Source: Hormiphora californensis (Eukaryota; Animalia; Ctenophora). From it: DNA of 64,000 nt. A program made the position numbers and the translations under genes. The DNA lies in NCBI GenBank assembly GCA_020137815.1, contig CM035351.1:2294001-2358000 (forward strand), written 5' to 3'. Below the pieces are notes generated by a model, which ran no database searches, was not told the origin of the DNA, and worked only from the letters and a program-made list of their open reading frames with translations. This document shows, one piece after another, positions 24,901 to 38,533 of this stretch (its first letter is position 1; each line of letters starts with the position of its first letter).

Positions 24901-27900
24901 TAAGTAAACTTATGAAGTTAGCCAACTATTTGTGAATGTAATAGTAATCAGTAATACTATTTCGTTCGTACAATTACTAATGCCATTTTATTAAAGGATA
25001 GCGGCCCGAAATGAAGTAAATCAACTCTCGAAAGATGACATTGATGCCTTCCCCTCTATTTCCAAAATGTAAGTGACAGATGCGAGATATTTGATATCAT
25101 AAGTATTAAGTACCAAGTTACGTGGTTGATATATGTACCACGGTCCACGTACGAGTTTGAGGAAGATTTCACATTTAAACTAAATAATTGCTACCATGAT
25201 AGGTATATTAAGGAGATTCTTGACAGTTAGAACTACCAAAATACTGTCAGGCCAATGCTCTGACACCCAAAATACTGCCTAGCTCTGTCAGGCCAATGCT
25301 CTGGCCACAGTTCTAGCGCATCAGGCCAATGCTCTGACAGGCCTAGCTCGACCCTCTTTTCGCGAGGGTTAGAACATAACAACCAAAATAACTTTCTAGC
25401 ATTACGACATGTACTTTTCTAGGGACCTACAAAGCAATCTGGTGGAAAAAATACCCGCGAAGTGCTTTGAAGCTTCAACAAAACTGAGAATCTTGTAAGA
25501 CTGACGCAATGCTTGTCTTCCATTTAATTTTTTGATTTCAGATATTCCATCTAATAATCCATCTAATATGCAATCTTTGAATTTAAGGTGCTAAGTGCAG
25601 TCACCAGCTAATATCCCATACATTTCTCTAGAGATCTCGATGAAAACCGCATAAAGAGTTTAGCTGGAGATGCCTTTGTGGGAGCAGGATCATCCCTTGA
25701 AACCCTAAAACTTGCCAGGAACTCAATATCTGAAGTACCGGAAACCTGCATAACTGTATTATCAAATCTCGTTATCCTGTAAGTTGAACTTTCTAATAGA
25801 CTATCGGCTTTTATTTATTTTATTTTATTATTCATTTTATTTATTATTCATTAAAAAAGAAGGCTATTTTTATCAATGCCCCCCCCCCCCCCCCCAGAGA
25901 TTTAACGGGAAACAAATTGAAAGCTGTTCCCTCAATCCACAAGAATCTGAATATTCTGTATCTCGCCGATAATAAAATATCTAGATTGGATGGAGGATCG
26001 TTCCCTTTTGAAACCCAACTTGTAGACTTGTAAGTAGGGATCACAAGCTGTGCTCTTTTCAATAAAACTCAATCAGTATCTGATATACAACATCTCAGAT
26101 AATATTAAAATACAAAGTCTATTTTAACAAAATATATCCCTCCAGAGAACTAAACTACAACCAGTTAAGTGAAATTGAAAGTGGTACGTACAGTAAACTT
26201 GAACGGCTACAGCAGCTCTTTTTAAAAGGAAACAAACTAAATGGACAGCAAATTCTGGGAATTGGACGACTTTCTGATCTTGAGACGCTCGATCTTACTG
26301 ATAATCTCATCCAAACCATCCCCGATCATGTTTTTGCTGGTGAGAAAAAAGAGACATAACTCTCAAAATTCAATCAGCTGTCAAATTCAGAAAACGCAAA
26401 TTATTATAATATTTCATTGACAAATTGACAAATATAATATTATGCAACATCTAATTATGTTCCCTCTTGCATCAGGTACACGCCTCAGTTGGCTGAGTCT
26501 GGGCAGTAACGAGTTAAGCGGTATCACGGAGAATAGTCTATCTGTACTGGACGGTCTGCTAACATATCTAGATGTTAGTTACAACACTAACATGACTTGT
26601 CTCAGTGAACAAGGGCTCTCTGCCGTCAATACACTCCTCCTAGAAGGTACAATATTAGGTTGTCCAAGAAATAATGTCGCGAGCCGATTTCTCCAACTTA
26701 ACTCAACAATTTCGGTATACAACTTTTTCTAGCGCCTTGATCTAACCCTTGCCTGTATATAACAAGTGTCTGTTTTGAAAAATTTGATTTTGACGTCCCT
26801 TGGTGAACCCGGAAAAATTGCAAAAAATTTTGCCGCTGAACGAGATTTCCGTGCATGTTAAAAAAACTGCTATAGTTATTTAATCAAGCATCTGTAAGAT
26901 TTTTAATGACATCAAGCTTGTTTATTAGACAAATATCTATCTTTTGAGTGGTGAATGAAGTCACAGATCCAATTTGTCTCGGAGCTATGGAGCTCTGAAA
27001 AACTTTGGTCAAAATCGGAAATTTTCACTTCCGGGATACTTCAGGTTTGATTGGATTGGTGAATGATAAATTTTTTGATGGTAATTAATAGTCCCAACTA
27101 AGCTTTTAACCGTAGTAAAGTTAACTTTTGGCTTTGGTAAGGTTTTGAGGTGAAAAAATGCGGTTTTTTGAAAGTCCCGATTTTTGGGTCCAAAATCGAG
27201 GTAAATTTTTTCGTTTTTTCACTTTTTTGGGGTAAATTTACTAAGTTTGCCGTTTCTATAGAACGCGTCGAGACTAAAATCGCATGGGTACTATATCTTT
27301 GGACGATGGGCTATCGATTGACGCCATTTAGAGTTCTGGAAACTTAAATGGCTTCCTTCCAGCGACGTTTTAAAATTTGCAAAACTCCCGTTCAGCGGCA
27401 GAGCGACTTCCGGTGACAGATCAGCCAAATACGGGCAATGAAAATATTAGTATGAAATTCTAAATGTGTTTTCCAGACGGAAAATTGTCTACTGAACAGG
27501 ATAGAACGAGTTAAAAGTCGCTAACTCATGCATTTCTACAAAAAATCGTAAGACGACATTATTTCCTGGACAACCTAATATATACCTTCTGTTAACTTCT
27601 TGTCAACCAAACGCGTGATGTTGACGCAATACTGTTCTCTCCGAACTGGATATTATGCACCATATTACTGCAGTCACGTAGCATGACAGACGCGTGAAGG
27701 GTTAAACAGATTTTACCTACCTTCCTAGACGAGTCTTATTAAGAATATTCGCATACCTCGAGAAGTTGAAGACCAGTTTACTAGATACCCGGATCGATTT
27801 TGATTAGCTAGGGGGATAACTTTATTCTACCAATACCATGCAATATTTCTCTGTTTCAGGAAGCGTAAAGCTGGTAGCAAACCTGCCCCGGTACGGACTG

Positions 27901-30900
27901 CAATCTTTAAGACGTGTCACTGTTCCCTTTCCTGTACTGTGCTGCTGGTTCAGAAAAATACGGTACGCCAAGTTGATCTGATCCTGCTTAGTTCCTGATA
28001 TACAATTTAAAAACAACGGTGGTTTTTACCGTCTATACAATTGTTTCATGGTGTCCTACAAGGAGCCACCAATCATCAGTAGTTCCTGATACACATATTT
28101 TATTCTAGTTGCTTGTATCATACCGATAATGGTTTGGTAACATTTAATTATTTCCAGAGCTCAAGGAAACAGAAATTCTAATGAAGGTAGTGAATTCACA
28201 ACGAAACCAATGATGACTTCTCCCCATTCAAATGCAGGTACCAATGAAATTGATTTGAAGTTACAGTACGTCTCATCTCTTTGATATGTTCTAACCCTCC
28301 TTTGTAAAAGGGGGTCGAGCTAAGCAATCAATTCCACCTACTTCAATCATACGAATTCTGTGAAAGATATGAATTGGACATATTCAACTCAAAACACTTG
28401 TTCTATGGAAGTTTTGCGCTTTAATAAGCTCTATCTTAACTAGGTGCCACAGCATTGTCAAGTTCAGGAGGGGCTGGAGTTATGAAAATTCTAGAGTGGG
28501 ATGAATCTTTATCGGACCCCTCCCCTCTCTGCAGAAAGATGTCGAAATCGCGTGCTGTCCCGCATCCATATATTTAACCATAGTGCTTCAAAACTTAAAA
28601 ATAATTTTTTGGTGTACAAGGACAACACACATTAGGAGTTATACAATATTTATTTAGTTGTTATATATACGATATGGTGGTAACATTTAAATTATTTAGA
28701 GCTCCAGGAAACAAAATCTAATGAAAGGTAGTGAATTCCAACGAACCAATGAACTTCTCCCCATCCAATGCTAGGTACCAACAAATTGATTTGAATTACA
28801 GTACGTCTCATGCGTCTATAATGTTCTACAACCCTCTTGTAAAAGTTCTACCTACTAACTCCTTCCTGATTGAACAATTGCGTTCCCCGTGTAGGAATTG
28901 GACATTCACTCACAGTTTTGCTAAGAAGTTACGGCTTAATAGCATTTACAATATTTATTACGTGCCCGGATTGTCAAGAGCATACCGGGGATGAGTTTTG
29001 AAAATCAGAGTGCTAAAATACTCAGTTTAACACCGACCCCTCTCTGCTAGACAAACATGGTCGATCGTCGTGCTGTCCCCGTGACACTACAACAGTTGCT
29101 TATACATGTTAACTCCTTTAATATTAAAGAAAATATTATATTGGGAGCAATACTCAACTTATCATAGTACAATTCTGTAATCACAACTACTAAACATATC
29201 ACGGTGCAAGTAATACTAAGATTGATAACCTATGTACACACAAAATTCAATACTGTGCTACGAATTACACACGACAATAGGTAACACTCTGATTAGCACA
29301 TTGGTCACCAACTAGGGTCTCCTAAGCAACTGTCTTAGTTATCATAGCAACTGCCTTGGTTACCATAGCAACCACCCTGGTTACCATAGCAACTAACATC
29401 GTATCAGCCAAAAATTGCTCTTAAAGTGCAAAATTCATCGGAAAATCTGAATTTGAAGCTCATTTATCAACTTTTCACCCATCTGGGGCAGGGAAACACC
29501 GCATTATGAATACATAATGCAATAATTCTTGTTTGTGGGTGTTGTTCTAGTCGATCAACCATTGGATGATTTAAACAAAGCCCCACTTTGGTAAAAGCAC
29601 TGAAACCACAAAATAATGGGGGTCAATTTGACCCTTGGTAAAATAAGGCAACATTTGTCTAGTTTGTACCCAACCCTTCTTGTAAATGAGGTTAGAATTG
29701 AGGTATAGCAAGGAAGGGTCGGGTACAAACAAGATGCAACATCATCATCAACTCTCTCTCTCTCTCTCTCTCTCTCTGTACCAAGCTCTTGGCAAGTTAT
29801 ATAGACCTATGCAGTTGTTAAGCTACTTATCTATATTATAAAGTAGGAATGCAGGTCGTGATGACGCCACTCCGCCAGACAGACGGTTAAGAGGTCACCC
29901 CTATTATTGCATATATAGTGAGCTAGCGCAGAGGGGGAATTTCATTACCAAGCCAGACAGACGGTTAAGAGGTTTCCAGGCTGGGTTTCCAAATTGTTTA
30001 GCAGGTTCAGAGGAGAAATCCGAGGAGAAATCTTTGCTCTTTCCTAGTATTGCAATCTTGTACCTATATTACAATTTTATTACAGGTTGTAATACATTTC
30101 CAATGTTTCAGCAGTGTACGATATGACTCTGCCTGATGATATATTCTTGACTGGACCGACGGGAAGCTTAGAATATGTGAGCAACCAGGAGGTAAGAACT
30201 ATTTTCTAACCCATTCACCATTTTCTAATATAACCCACTTTACAATCAGTGAGAGAACAGGGTCGTGAAAGGCATGGTCTGCACTTTCTACCAAGAAAGC
30301 GCAGATCATGCTCTAATCGATCTTGTCACTATCTCAATCTGACCTCAATGCTATGACAGATCATATCTGACCTCATGATCAGTGACAAATAAATTGACAT
30401 ATGATGTCAGCGATGGGTATCTTAACATAGCTTGATCGTCACTTTAAGGGAAGAACCAAGTTAAATTTTATCTCCCTAATGTACTTTAATTTTCATTTGC
30501 CGGCGCTGGAACTAGTATTACACACCTAACACTAATCTAAACAACTCTCAGTTAATTTGTACCCCGGAGCCTGACGAATTTAACCCGTGTGAAGACCTAA
30601 TAGGAAACTGGATTTTACGCATTGGAGTTTGGGTCATGGCATTGCTGGCAGTTTTTGGCAATCTAATTCTCTTTACCGTCACTCTGCTTGCTACAAAGAA
30701 GTAAGTCAATTGAGAAGATTCTTGGTATTTTTATAGTTCTAAAGAGCTAAGAGTTTAACAAATGCTAAGAGTTTAACAAATGCACAATTCAATAAATGGT
30801 TATCAAAGTTGCTTCTTTATAAAATTATTGCATTTTCAGGTAAGTAAGACTAAGAAGAACATGTCCACTGCTCTCATGAGAGACTTATATAATAGTTCTT

Positions 30901-33900
30901 GAGAGATGAACGTTTTGAAATGCACAATGAATCGCTTATACAATATGGTTATAAAATTGCACAATAGATGGTTATAAAATTCTTTATAGAATTTTTATAG
31001 GTTCCTTGTTTAGAGGAATAATTCTAGGAAGGAATCCGAATTGAGACCACACACAAAGTCAAAAAATTAATTTTATTATTATATCGGTTAACACGAGTCG
31101 TCGAGATTTCCATTCTGATACCTAGACCTATCGATAGCTGTCAGGCCAATGCTCTGACCACAGTTCTCGCACGCTCCGAAATGAGAATAGGGTCAGGCCA
31201 ATGCTCTGACAGATCGATAGGCATTCGGGAGGATTTCATCTAGATACCTTCTTGGCATTTGCCCTAGGAAATTCTAAGATCTTAAATTTGAAAAGTGAGC
31301 TGAAATAATATCGTGATGCCGCGTTGATATTGGTGGCAGTGATTCTCTTTCAACCTCCAAGCGTGACCTTTCAAATTTAAACTAAACTGCTTTCTAAAAT
31401 CCAAGTACCAGTGCATTCAAAACGCCAAAAGCCATCTCTTGCTCAATAAATTAAAACTGGTGATATGATATGAGTCTGGTAGATATGCATTGCAAAATAT
31501 ACCCATAGTTACTTGTTGAGGAAGGGGGAACCCTTCCCCCTTACTCAACAAATAGTTACTAGGTAAATGTGTCTCGAGTATTTCCTGGGGATGCACGACA
31601 GAAATATTTTCCAACGCATATCTAACGGACTCAAATCATGTCATTCACCACTTTTACTTTGTTGAGCAAGAGATGAACCTCTAGTTCTCAACAATTTTTG
31701 ATCGAGTAGATGTTCATTTCCTGCATGGGGAGGCATGTGTATTTTTAGAAAGACAACTATCTCACAGCTCATAACCTAATTATATATCCCTCTTACTCAC
31801 CGTACCAGCTAAGAATGGGAAATTGAACCCTAGCCGATTCTTCTTTACCAGGGTCTCCCCTAACACCAAAACTTCCAGTAACATGTTTTCCTCCAAGTCT
31901 AATATAATCCTGTCTATTATTTTACAGATTTACACCGGTTCGGTTCCTTATTTTGAATCTCTCCTTCTCTGACCTTCTAACGGGAGTTTATCTACTTACT
32001 CTTGCTATAGTGGACGCTACAACATATGGGGTGTATGAAGATTTTGCAATTAGTTGGCAGCAGGGAATCGGCTGTAAGGTATGTACATGAATCAGGTGTG
32101 TGTGGTGAGTGCCTGATATGAAACGAAATGTCGTTTCGGTTAGTTCCTGACGTGTGCCGCGATCCCATCTGAGCACACTGTCGAATCAAATGGGGGTCTG
32201 GCGGCGCCAGACATATTTGTTGAAGCTCCTGGTAACACTGTCGAGCACTTTCGCCAGCATTTATCAAGTTATAAAGTTGGTAGGACATATCAAATAAATT
32301 TAACTACTCAAAACCTGTTAGTGACCAGATATTTAACAGTAACGGGTGACAACTAAAAATTGTCCCTAATTCAAAACGGCTGTATAAATTTTTTCTTTTG
32401 AGATACAGCTTCGGGCTAGTGATAGAACGATTTTTCAGACAATTTTGAATCGGAATAACATACCGGCAAAGTCTAAAAATTTCATTTTCATTGCGATATC
32501 GCATCATTTCCTCTTGTCCCTCAAAAGCATGTAGTACGGAGATTTGAAATTTCTATGTTATCAGAAATGACCTTCCCGATGAGATAGAATTCTCAAAATT
32601 GGAAGTCTAGTCGTTCATGCCATAACCAACATAACTGCCAAGTTTGAAAATTTCAGCCCATTAGGAAGTTGGTTTTCCGCGTCATTAATGTTTCAAGAGA
32701 TTGTCGAAATGGCAATTTCTCAAATTACCTGTAAACACCGCTTTGTTACAGAAGATTCTGATCAGGAAATTGAGATTAACGGAGTTTGAAACAAAGTTAA
32801 TTTCGTTCAAAATTGTCTGAAAAATCATTCTATCGCTATCCCGAAGATGTATCTCAAACAGAACAGGCGCTAGAGGTGCTAGAAGATTGTGTAGATTTCA
32901 CGTACTTCATGCTTTGGTGGGGCAAGAGGAAATGATGCGATATCGCAATGAAAATGAACTTTTTAGTCTTCGCCGTTATGTTACTCCGATTTAAAATTGT
33001 CTGAAAAATTGTTCTATCGCTGGCCCGAAGCTGTATCTCAAAAGGGAAAAATTCTACAGCCGTTTTAAATTAGGGACAATTTTTAGTTGTCACCCGTTAG
33101 TTTTAACCAATATCTCAACCCCGACAGATCTCCGGATTTTTGGTCACGTTCAGTAGCGAGCTCTCGGTAATAACACTGACAGTAATCAGTATTGAGCGGA
33201 TGACTACGATTATTCACTATTCCTCGCCCTATAGACAGCTCAAGACACGGCACATCGCAGCAATAATGGTAAGAAAAGTTCAATATGTGATCTTGCTTGT
33301 TGACAGATTGCGGGGGTTAAAAAGGTCAGCCGAAATGAGAGGTTTCGAACAAGGTAAAATGCTTTCAAAGTAAACGCGTGGAATTGCATTATGTGAAATT
33401 ATAACTTTTCCGTACGATCCCAGTTATGCCCACACATGGATAATTACCCTCGCACAAAAAGACCTTTAACTTTGGGAGGGACCCTCTCTCACCCCTTACT
33501 CGACAAGGAGGGGCTAAATTACGGAAAAAGAAAAATTTCGATATTTCTCAAATAATTTATCCTCGTCTTACAACTTATCGTCACTTCTCGTCTTACAACT
33601 TATCGTTTTGCATCACTTCTCGTCTTACAACTTATCGTTTTGCATCGAATTTCGTCTTCTTGTTTTTAACAGTACCACAGCAAATGGCTACCTTGTAGCT
33701 TTTATACAAAACAGCGAAAAAATGGAGATCGACAAAAACTGGTACGATGAATGGACACAAAAAGTGAAGAGGCTACCAGTCACCATGAACAACGTTCTGG
33801 GGAGAGAATGGGAGGCCGACCAGAAGAACGGATGGAAGGACGCCACTTGGCAGATAATGCGAGGTGAAAACTGGGATGCTTTGATTGAACTAATGGAAAA

Positions 33901-36152
33901 TACGGTTAAAATGTACAAACTGCTGAACGTTGCCGATGATATCTTCGCCAAGTCCACTACAAATGAATCTGCCAAGCAAACAGCTGTGGACAGACTAATT
34001 GCAGACAAGGAGACCGCAGACTGCGAGGAAACGTTGGCGGATATGGAATCGGTCGGTAATGCATCTGAGTCACTATCCTGGATGCTTGATCGCAAATTTG
34101 AATCAGATGATTATGCATCTGGCCCTGGGTCAATATCGATGTCTAGTGAAATTGCTTCCTATAAAGAGGAAAAAACGGGACCCACTGACAAGCGGCAGAA
34201 TGTTATCGTGTTTTTACCTGCAGACATGGATGGCTCTATTCAGGATGAGGCGATTGAAAAAGCTTTTGCATACCTTGGGTGTGAACAATTTAGTATAATG
34301 AACACGGAAATGGTCAGGGACAGAGGTGAGGACTGCAACGGGAAAATTGTACTTAGAGTACAAATGAACACAGTAAAACAAGCATCAAAAGCCCTTGCTA
34401 ATGCGTACAAACTGAAGAACTACCCTGTGCCTGGAATCTACATTGCCAAGGATATGACATACCATCAACGGCTAAAGATGCGAGAACTTGTGAAGACTCT
34501 ACGGTACAGGATAGAAATGCTACCAAAGTACCGATGGAAAATTGTTGATTGGGAAGTGGTTAACGTTGGTCGTTTCAAGAAACAAGAGCAAGATTTCAAG
34601 CATGATTTGATGAACAGTTATAATGGTTCACTGGATAGTATTTCTAGTGGACCACTATAGTCAGTGGTGAAGTTTTTTGAGACAAATATGGAGTAATACG
34701 AGAAGTCAATAAAACTGAGTTCAAAGGGTGTCCTGCCTAATGCAGACACCTACGATATAAACAATAAACATTTTGAAATTACTATAGTGTGACATGGAAG
34801 TGAGTCTAGACATTATTTGCGTAGAGTACATGTCGAGTTGGCCGTGTGGCCAAAATCTTTATTATTATTATTATTATAAAGATCTGTCATGCCAATGCTC
34901 TGACAGCTAAAGATTGGCTTGAATTATCCGAACGTAGGACATATTTTCTATTTAAACCTTGAGTAGCATATGTCATCTGAAATGGCAATGTCACAAAGGT
35001 GTGCATATATGCATTGTCTCATGTTTGTGACATCATATATGTATGTCACAAACATGAGACAATGTCAGCATGGCGCAGTCGCCAAACGTCTGGGAAGTGT
35101 CAAAAGTTGTCACATGTGCATCAGATTTCCGCGCGCGGCACACTTTTTGACTGAAATCAAGGTTTGCGCTGACAAGCGCTGTGATGTCGCCAAAAACTAA
35201 AACTTCGAACATTTCAGTTGTTGGGTTGGTGTATCTCTGCAACCGCGGGAGTTTTACCATTGGTTGGATTCTCTGCCTACAGTCTGGTTGCTATCTGTCT
35301 CCCGTATCAGGTGAGTCAACTCAGAGAGCAAAGCTACTACAAAACAAGTCAACTGGACAAACGTCCTGAATGTCGGATGACACTGACAAGTGACAATCGT
35401 ACCGTCAATATGAACAGCGATAAACTCATTTGACCGTTCTAATAATACCTTATTTCAGAGTGATTCTGGCGGTGATATGGGGTTGATTATGAGTCTAATG
35501 GTCGGGAACGCTATAGCAGTCACTCTGATTATCTATTGCTATCTCACGGTTAGTACCAGCATATTGTAACTCGCTCACAATCCAAGATCATTCAACACAA
35601 GTTCATGTGTACTGTGTCCTAATAACATCCCTCCCACCCCTTCAGATTTTCTGTAACGTCCGGCATCTCCAACGACCCCTTGACAACGCTGATTTCCGTG
35701 AGACACTCCGGATGGCCCTAATCATCCTAACCGATGTGGTCTGCTGGCTACCCATTGTGGTGTGTGGGGTTAACGCCCTGTTTGGAAACTCCCTTCTAAT
35801 GACAACCTCCAGCTCAAAGATCCTCGTGGTATTCTTCCTTCCCCTCAACGCGTGTGCCAACCCCTTCCTATACTCCCTGACTCGACCTGCCTTCCGAAAC
35901 GACACCCTCCGGCTTCTCAACAGGCTGGGTCTCTGTAAGGAGGCTTATTACATTGCCAGTAGGAGGAAGAGTGGCATGGATTTCAAGAAGAGAGTTCCCA
36001 GTGGTGTCCAGGAATGGAGGAAACCCTCAGCGGACAGTACCTCAAGTAGCTCCGGGTACAGCTCTGATACGGGGGGTACCCGGGTTACCCTGGCCGCCCT
36101 ACTGAAACCCAACATTGATAGTCTTGTGGAAACAAGGGAGACAAGCACCTGA
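21970..36152 (+). CDS. Leucine-rich-repeat GPCR (LGR, glycoprotein-hormone/bursicon receptor family). Many LRR exons 21970-26646, hinge 27860-30191, 7TM exons 30551-36152. The 5' exon was not found
   Basis: A series of 66-75 nt phase-2 LRR exons (LxLxxNxIxxI), hinge PVLCCWF, CTPEPDEFNPCEDLIG, NLSFSDLLTGVYL, SELSVITLTVISIER, ICLP, TDVVCWLPI and KILVVFFLPLNACANPFLY. Confidence 0.93.
26653..27580. mobile_element. Mariner-derived non-autonomous element (~925 bp) just after an LGR splice donor
   Basis: Ends read TA-TTAGGTTGTCCAAGAAATAATGTCG ... CGACATTATTTCCTGGACAACCTAA-TA. TTAGGTTG termini with TA flanks are typical of mariner. Confidence 0.82.
28070..29100 (+). repeat. Degenerate ~540-bp tandem duplication covering LGR hinge exon(s)
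   Basis: 28125-28570 aligns with many indels to 28670-29085 (GAGCTCxAGGAAACA...GGTAGTGAATTC...GGTACC...CGTGCTGTCCC). Confidence 0.7.
31138..31213. repeat. Dispersed short repeat family (CTGTCAGGCCAATGCTCTGAC...). Further copies at ~14062-14142 (reverse), 23371-23430, 25245-25345 and 34883-34905
   Basis: The same ~20-bp core occurs twice per copy at several loci. Confidence 0.75.
32340..33099. mobile_element. Second copy of the 760-bp TA-flanked MITE
   Basis: Ends read TA-ACGGGTGACAACTAAAAATTG ... CAATTTTTAGTTGTCACCCGT-TA. The interior is the reverse-complement homolog of 573-1332. Confidence 0.88.
33560..34877 (+). mobile_element. ORF1-only non-LTR (CR1/L2-like) retroelement in an LGR intron
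   Basis: 5' ~25-30 bp tandem repeats (CTCGTCTTACAACTTATCGT x3), a single intronless ORF, a ~200-bp 3' UTR and a (TTA)n tail at ~34858-34877. There is no ORF2. Confidence 0.62.
33722..34660 (+). CDS. LINE ORF1p-like protein (312 aa): helical N-terminus, RRM-like region and C-terminal domain
   Basis: RQNVIVF...LRVQMNTVKQASKALANAYKLK...IYIAKDMTYHQRLKMRELVKTLRYR...WKI resembles the ORF1 C-terminus of CR1/L2-type elements (recalled pattern). Confidence 0.68.
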   Translation: MEIDKNWYDEWTQKVKRLPVTMNNVLGREWEADQKNGWKDATWQIMRGENWDALIELMENTVKMYKLLNVADDIFAKSTTNESAKQTAVDRLIADKETADCEETLADMESVGNASESLSWMLDRKFESDDYASGPGSISMSSEIASYKEEKTGPTDKRQNVIVFLPADMDGSIQDEAIEKAFAYLGCEQFSIMNTEMVRDRGEDCNGKIVLRVQMNTVKQASKALANAYKLKNYPVPGIYIAKDMTYHQRLKMRELVKTLRYRIEMLPKYRWKIVDWEVVNVGRFKKQEQDFKHDLMNSYNGSLDSISSGPL

Positions 36153-36180
36153 AGGGACTATATGGACCCCCCCCCCCCCC

Positions 36181-36231
<51 letters not shown>

Positions 36232-36364
36232 GGGGAACAATAAGAATCAAGGACAATATCTGACAAGAGAAACGTACTCGAAAAGATGAACAGTATAGTG
36301 GAAGGAAGGAAGGAAATGAAAGGTTGAATTAGACACTTGACCATGTTGACTGCTGGGAAGTATC

Positions 36365-36415
<51 letters not shown>

Positions 36416-36634
36416 TGGTTACGTGGCTAGCCTATTGCTACGGCCCGTATCATAATGACTGTGAGCGGGGTAACCACGAAACGATATCCTTAGACGATTG
36501 AACCATGTTGCTTGGATTTGGAAAGGAAAATTGCCCCTCCGTGTACAGTTCACGGATAAAAGGGGTGACTTCGTAACCAACCATGTTGCTGAATTGTCGG
36601 GAACTATTCCTATTATATTGACAATATATAATAT

Positions 36635-36665
36635 ACTAGTAAGCCCGCTCGCCCTACGGGCGAAT
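36635..36665 (-). mobile_element. Helitron-like 3' terminus
   Basis: The minus strand reads TTCGCCCGTAGGGCGAGCGGGCTTACTAG-T, a GC hairpin shortly before a terminal CTAG. The 5' end was not located. Confidence 0.45.
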
Positions 36666-38533
36666 GTCGGGGATGGTCAATGGTCATACAGTAAACTAAG
36701 CAAATAGTGTAGTATCATTTGAAATTTTTAAAATCAGTAAATTTATCAGGTAAATTAACCACAGCGATTCTTTCGACAGAAAAACCACGGGTCCTCTTTT
36801 GCCAGGTCCTGAAGTATTTTATTAAAATACTTTCACGTATTACTGCCGTTTCTTATTAGTGCCATTGATACTTTGTTATTACGTGTGTTGACAACATTTT
36901 TTGAATAATAATCACCTCTTTTGTAGGATTCTATCACGTAGTCTATAGGCGTCAGCGCCAGTTTGGGACATATGGCTCCTCCAAACTCGCTGGCGATTGT
37001 GTTGAAATTGAGTAGTCATGTTCACGAAACGTGGTGAACAGGGGGTGAACAGATTAAATCGAGCAAACGATCAATCACGCAACCGGCAGAGAGATGAATC
37101 AAGGATGCACGTGCAGTTTAAGGCTCAAGCTGGCAGGTTGCCAGGGTCCTTCTAGGGACAACACGTGCAAATGACCATTTCCAGGAATTTTGTGCCATAT
37201 TTGGTAAAAAACCATCACCCATCATTTCCCTATTTGCTTTAATAATAGTATGATGTATATGATCTATTGCGCTGAATAAAACAAAAACTGTTAGAGAAAT
37301 AGTGAGCGAAAAGGAGAGTGAGTTTTTGTTTTCCCTCAACATATTCTGGAATATTTTATGTCACTATGACACCTGCCTCGACGGACCGGTGTGATCAGAC
37401 TCTGATTCAGAGAGACAGCATATACCACATGTTTTGTGCCATTACGAATTTTATGTGAGGAGAGATCTGCTAAGACAGTATCTTGCCATACAATTGGATG
37501 GTGGAGGAGAGGGTGACGGGTAACATTTTGTAACATGTGCAGAAACTTTTTTGAGCATGTTACAAAATGTTACGTGTCACCCTCTCCTCCACAATTGAAA
37601 GTCTTCGGCGAGGCCCAATTGCTAACTGGCGTGCGCCTCGACCCTTTCTTTTCAGAGATAACTCAGAACGGGTCTGGTGCTGCACGCTGGACAGCCCAAT
37701 ACCTTGTTATGACTGATAGTGCACACGTGTGAAATCGAATCATTGTTTGCTGACTGTTTCCCCCTTTGTTTCTAATTAATTTCTTAAAACACAGTATCTC
37801 AGTTGTTGGAAAATGTAAAAAAGAAACTTATAAATTAATCTCAACTAAACTTAACTCCCTGGAAAATGTGCGGTCACTGACCAATCATCGGTGAATACAC
37901 CCACCCACACACAACTGCTTTCGCATAAATTGTAACTATACCTTTGCTCAATAACAAACACACAGATTAGCTCTAACAATTTAGTACACTGCATTCAACG
38001 ACTTGACCATTATATTTTCTTTGCTTCACATGGCCAGTAAAAACTAAAGACCAAAGAAATTATCTTTTTGACTCGCAACGTTGCAACTTGATTTAAAAAC
38101 ACTTCAAAAAGAGATCATTCATAAACTGAGCAAAGAAAATTAGAGAAGTCGTCGATTTTCTAACGCGTTGAAAAAATCAGGACCCGTAGTTACCAAGCAG
38201 TCGACTATGATTTACAGGCGATGGCACTGGAGTGAATTGGTAGCACTACGTTAACTGCCATGTCTATTAGAAGAAAAAGAAGAGAAAAGCCGATTTTACT
38301 AATAGCGTTTTGTTCAAAAAGCTAAAGTGCTTTTTAATATGGCATTTAAACTGTCTGGCTTTTGCTGCCTTGCTCCAACCTCTCTTCAAAACTTCGCGAC
38401 TGCAAAGCATTGTAAATGAGGGTTAGAATATAACAATCTCGCCCCACACCAGACAGATTCGAAAAGACATAACATCGCCAAATACAGATCTAAACCAAAA
38501 ACACTATTTATATCTATAAATATAATCAGTCAG

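Noticed and set aside
28620-29100. Mutually exclusive duplicated LGR hinge exons
   Set aside because: The second copy is full of scattered indels and has no clean frame. It is more likely a decayed duplicate or an unpolished assembly duplication.
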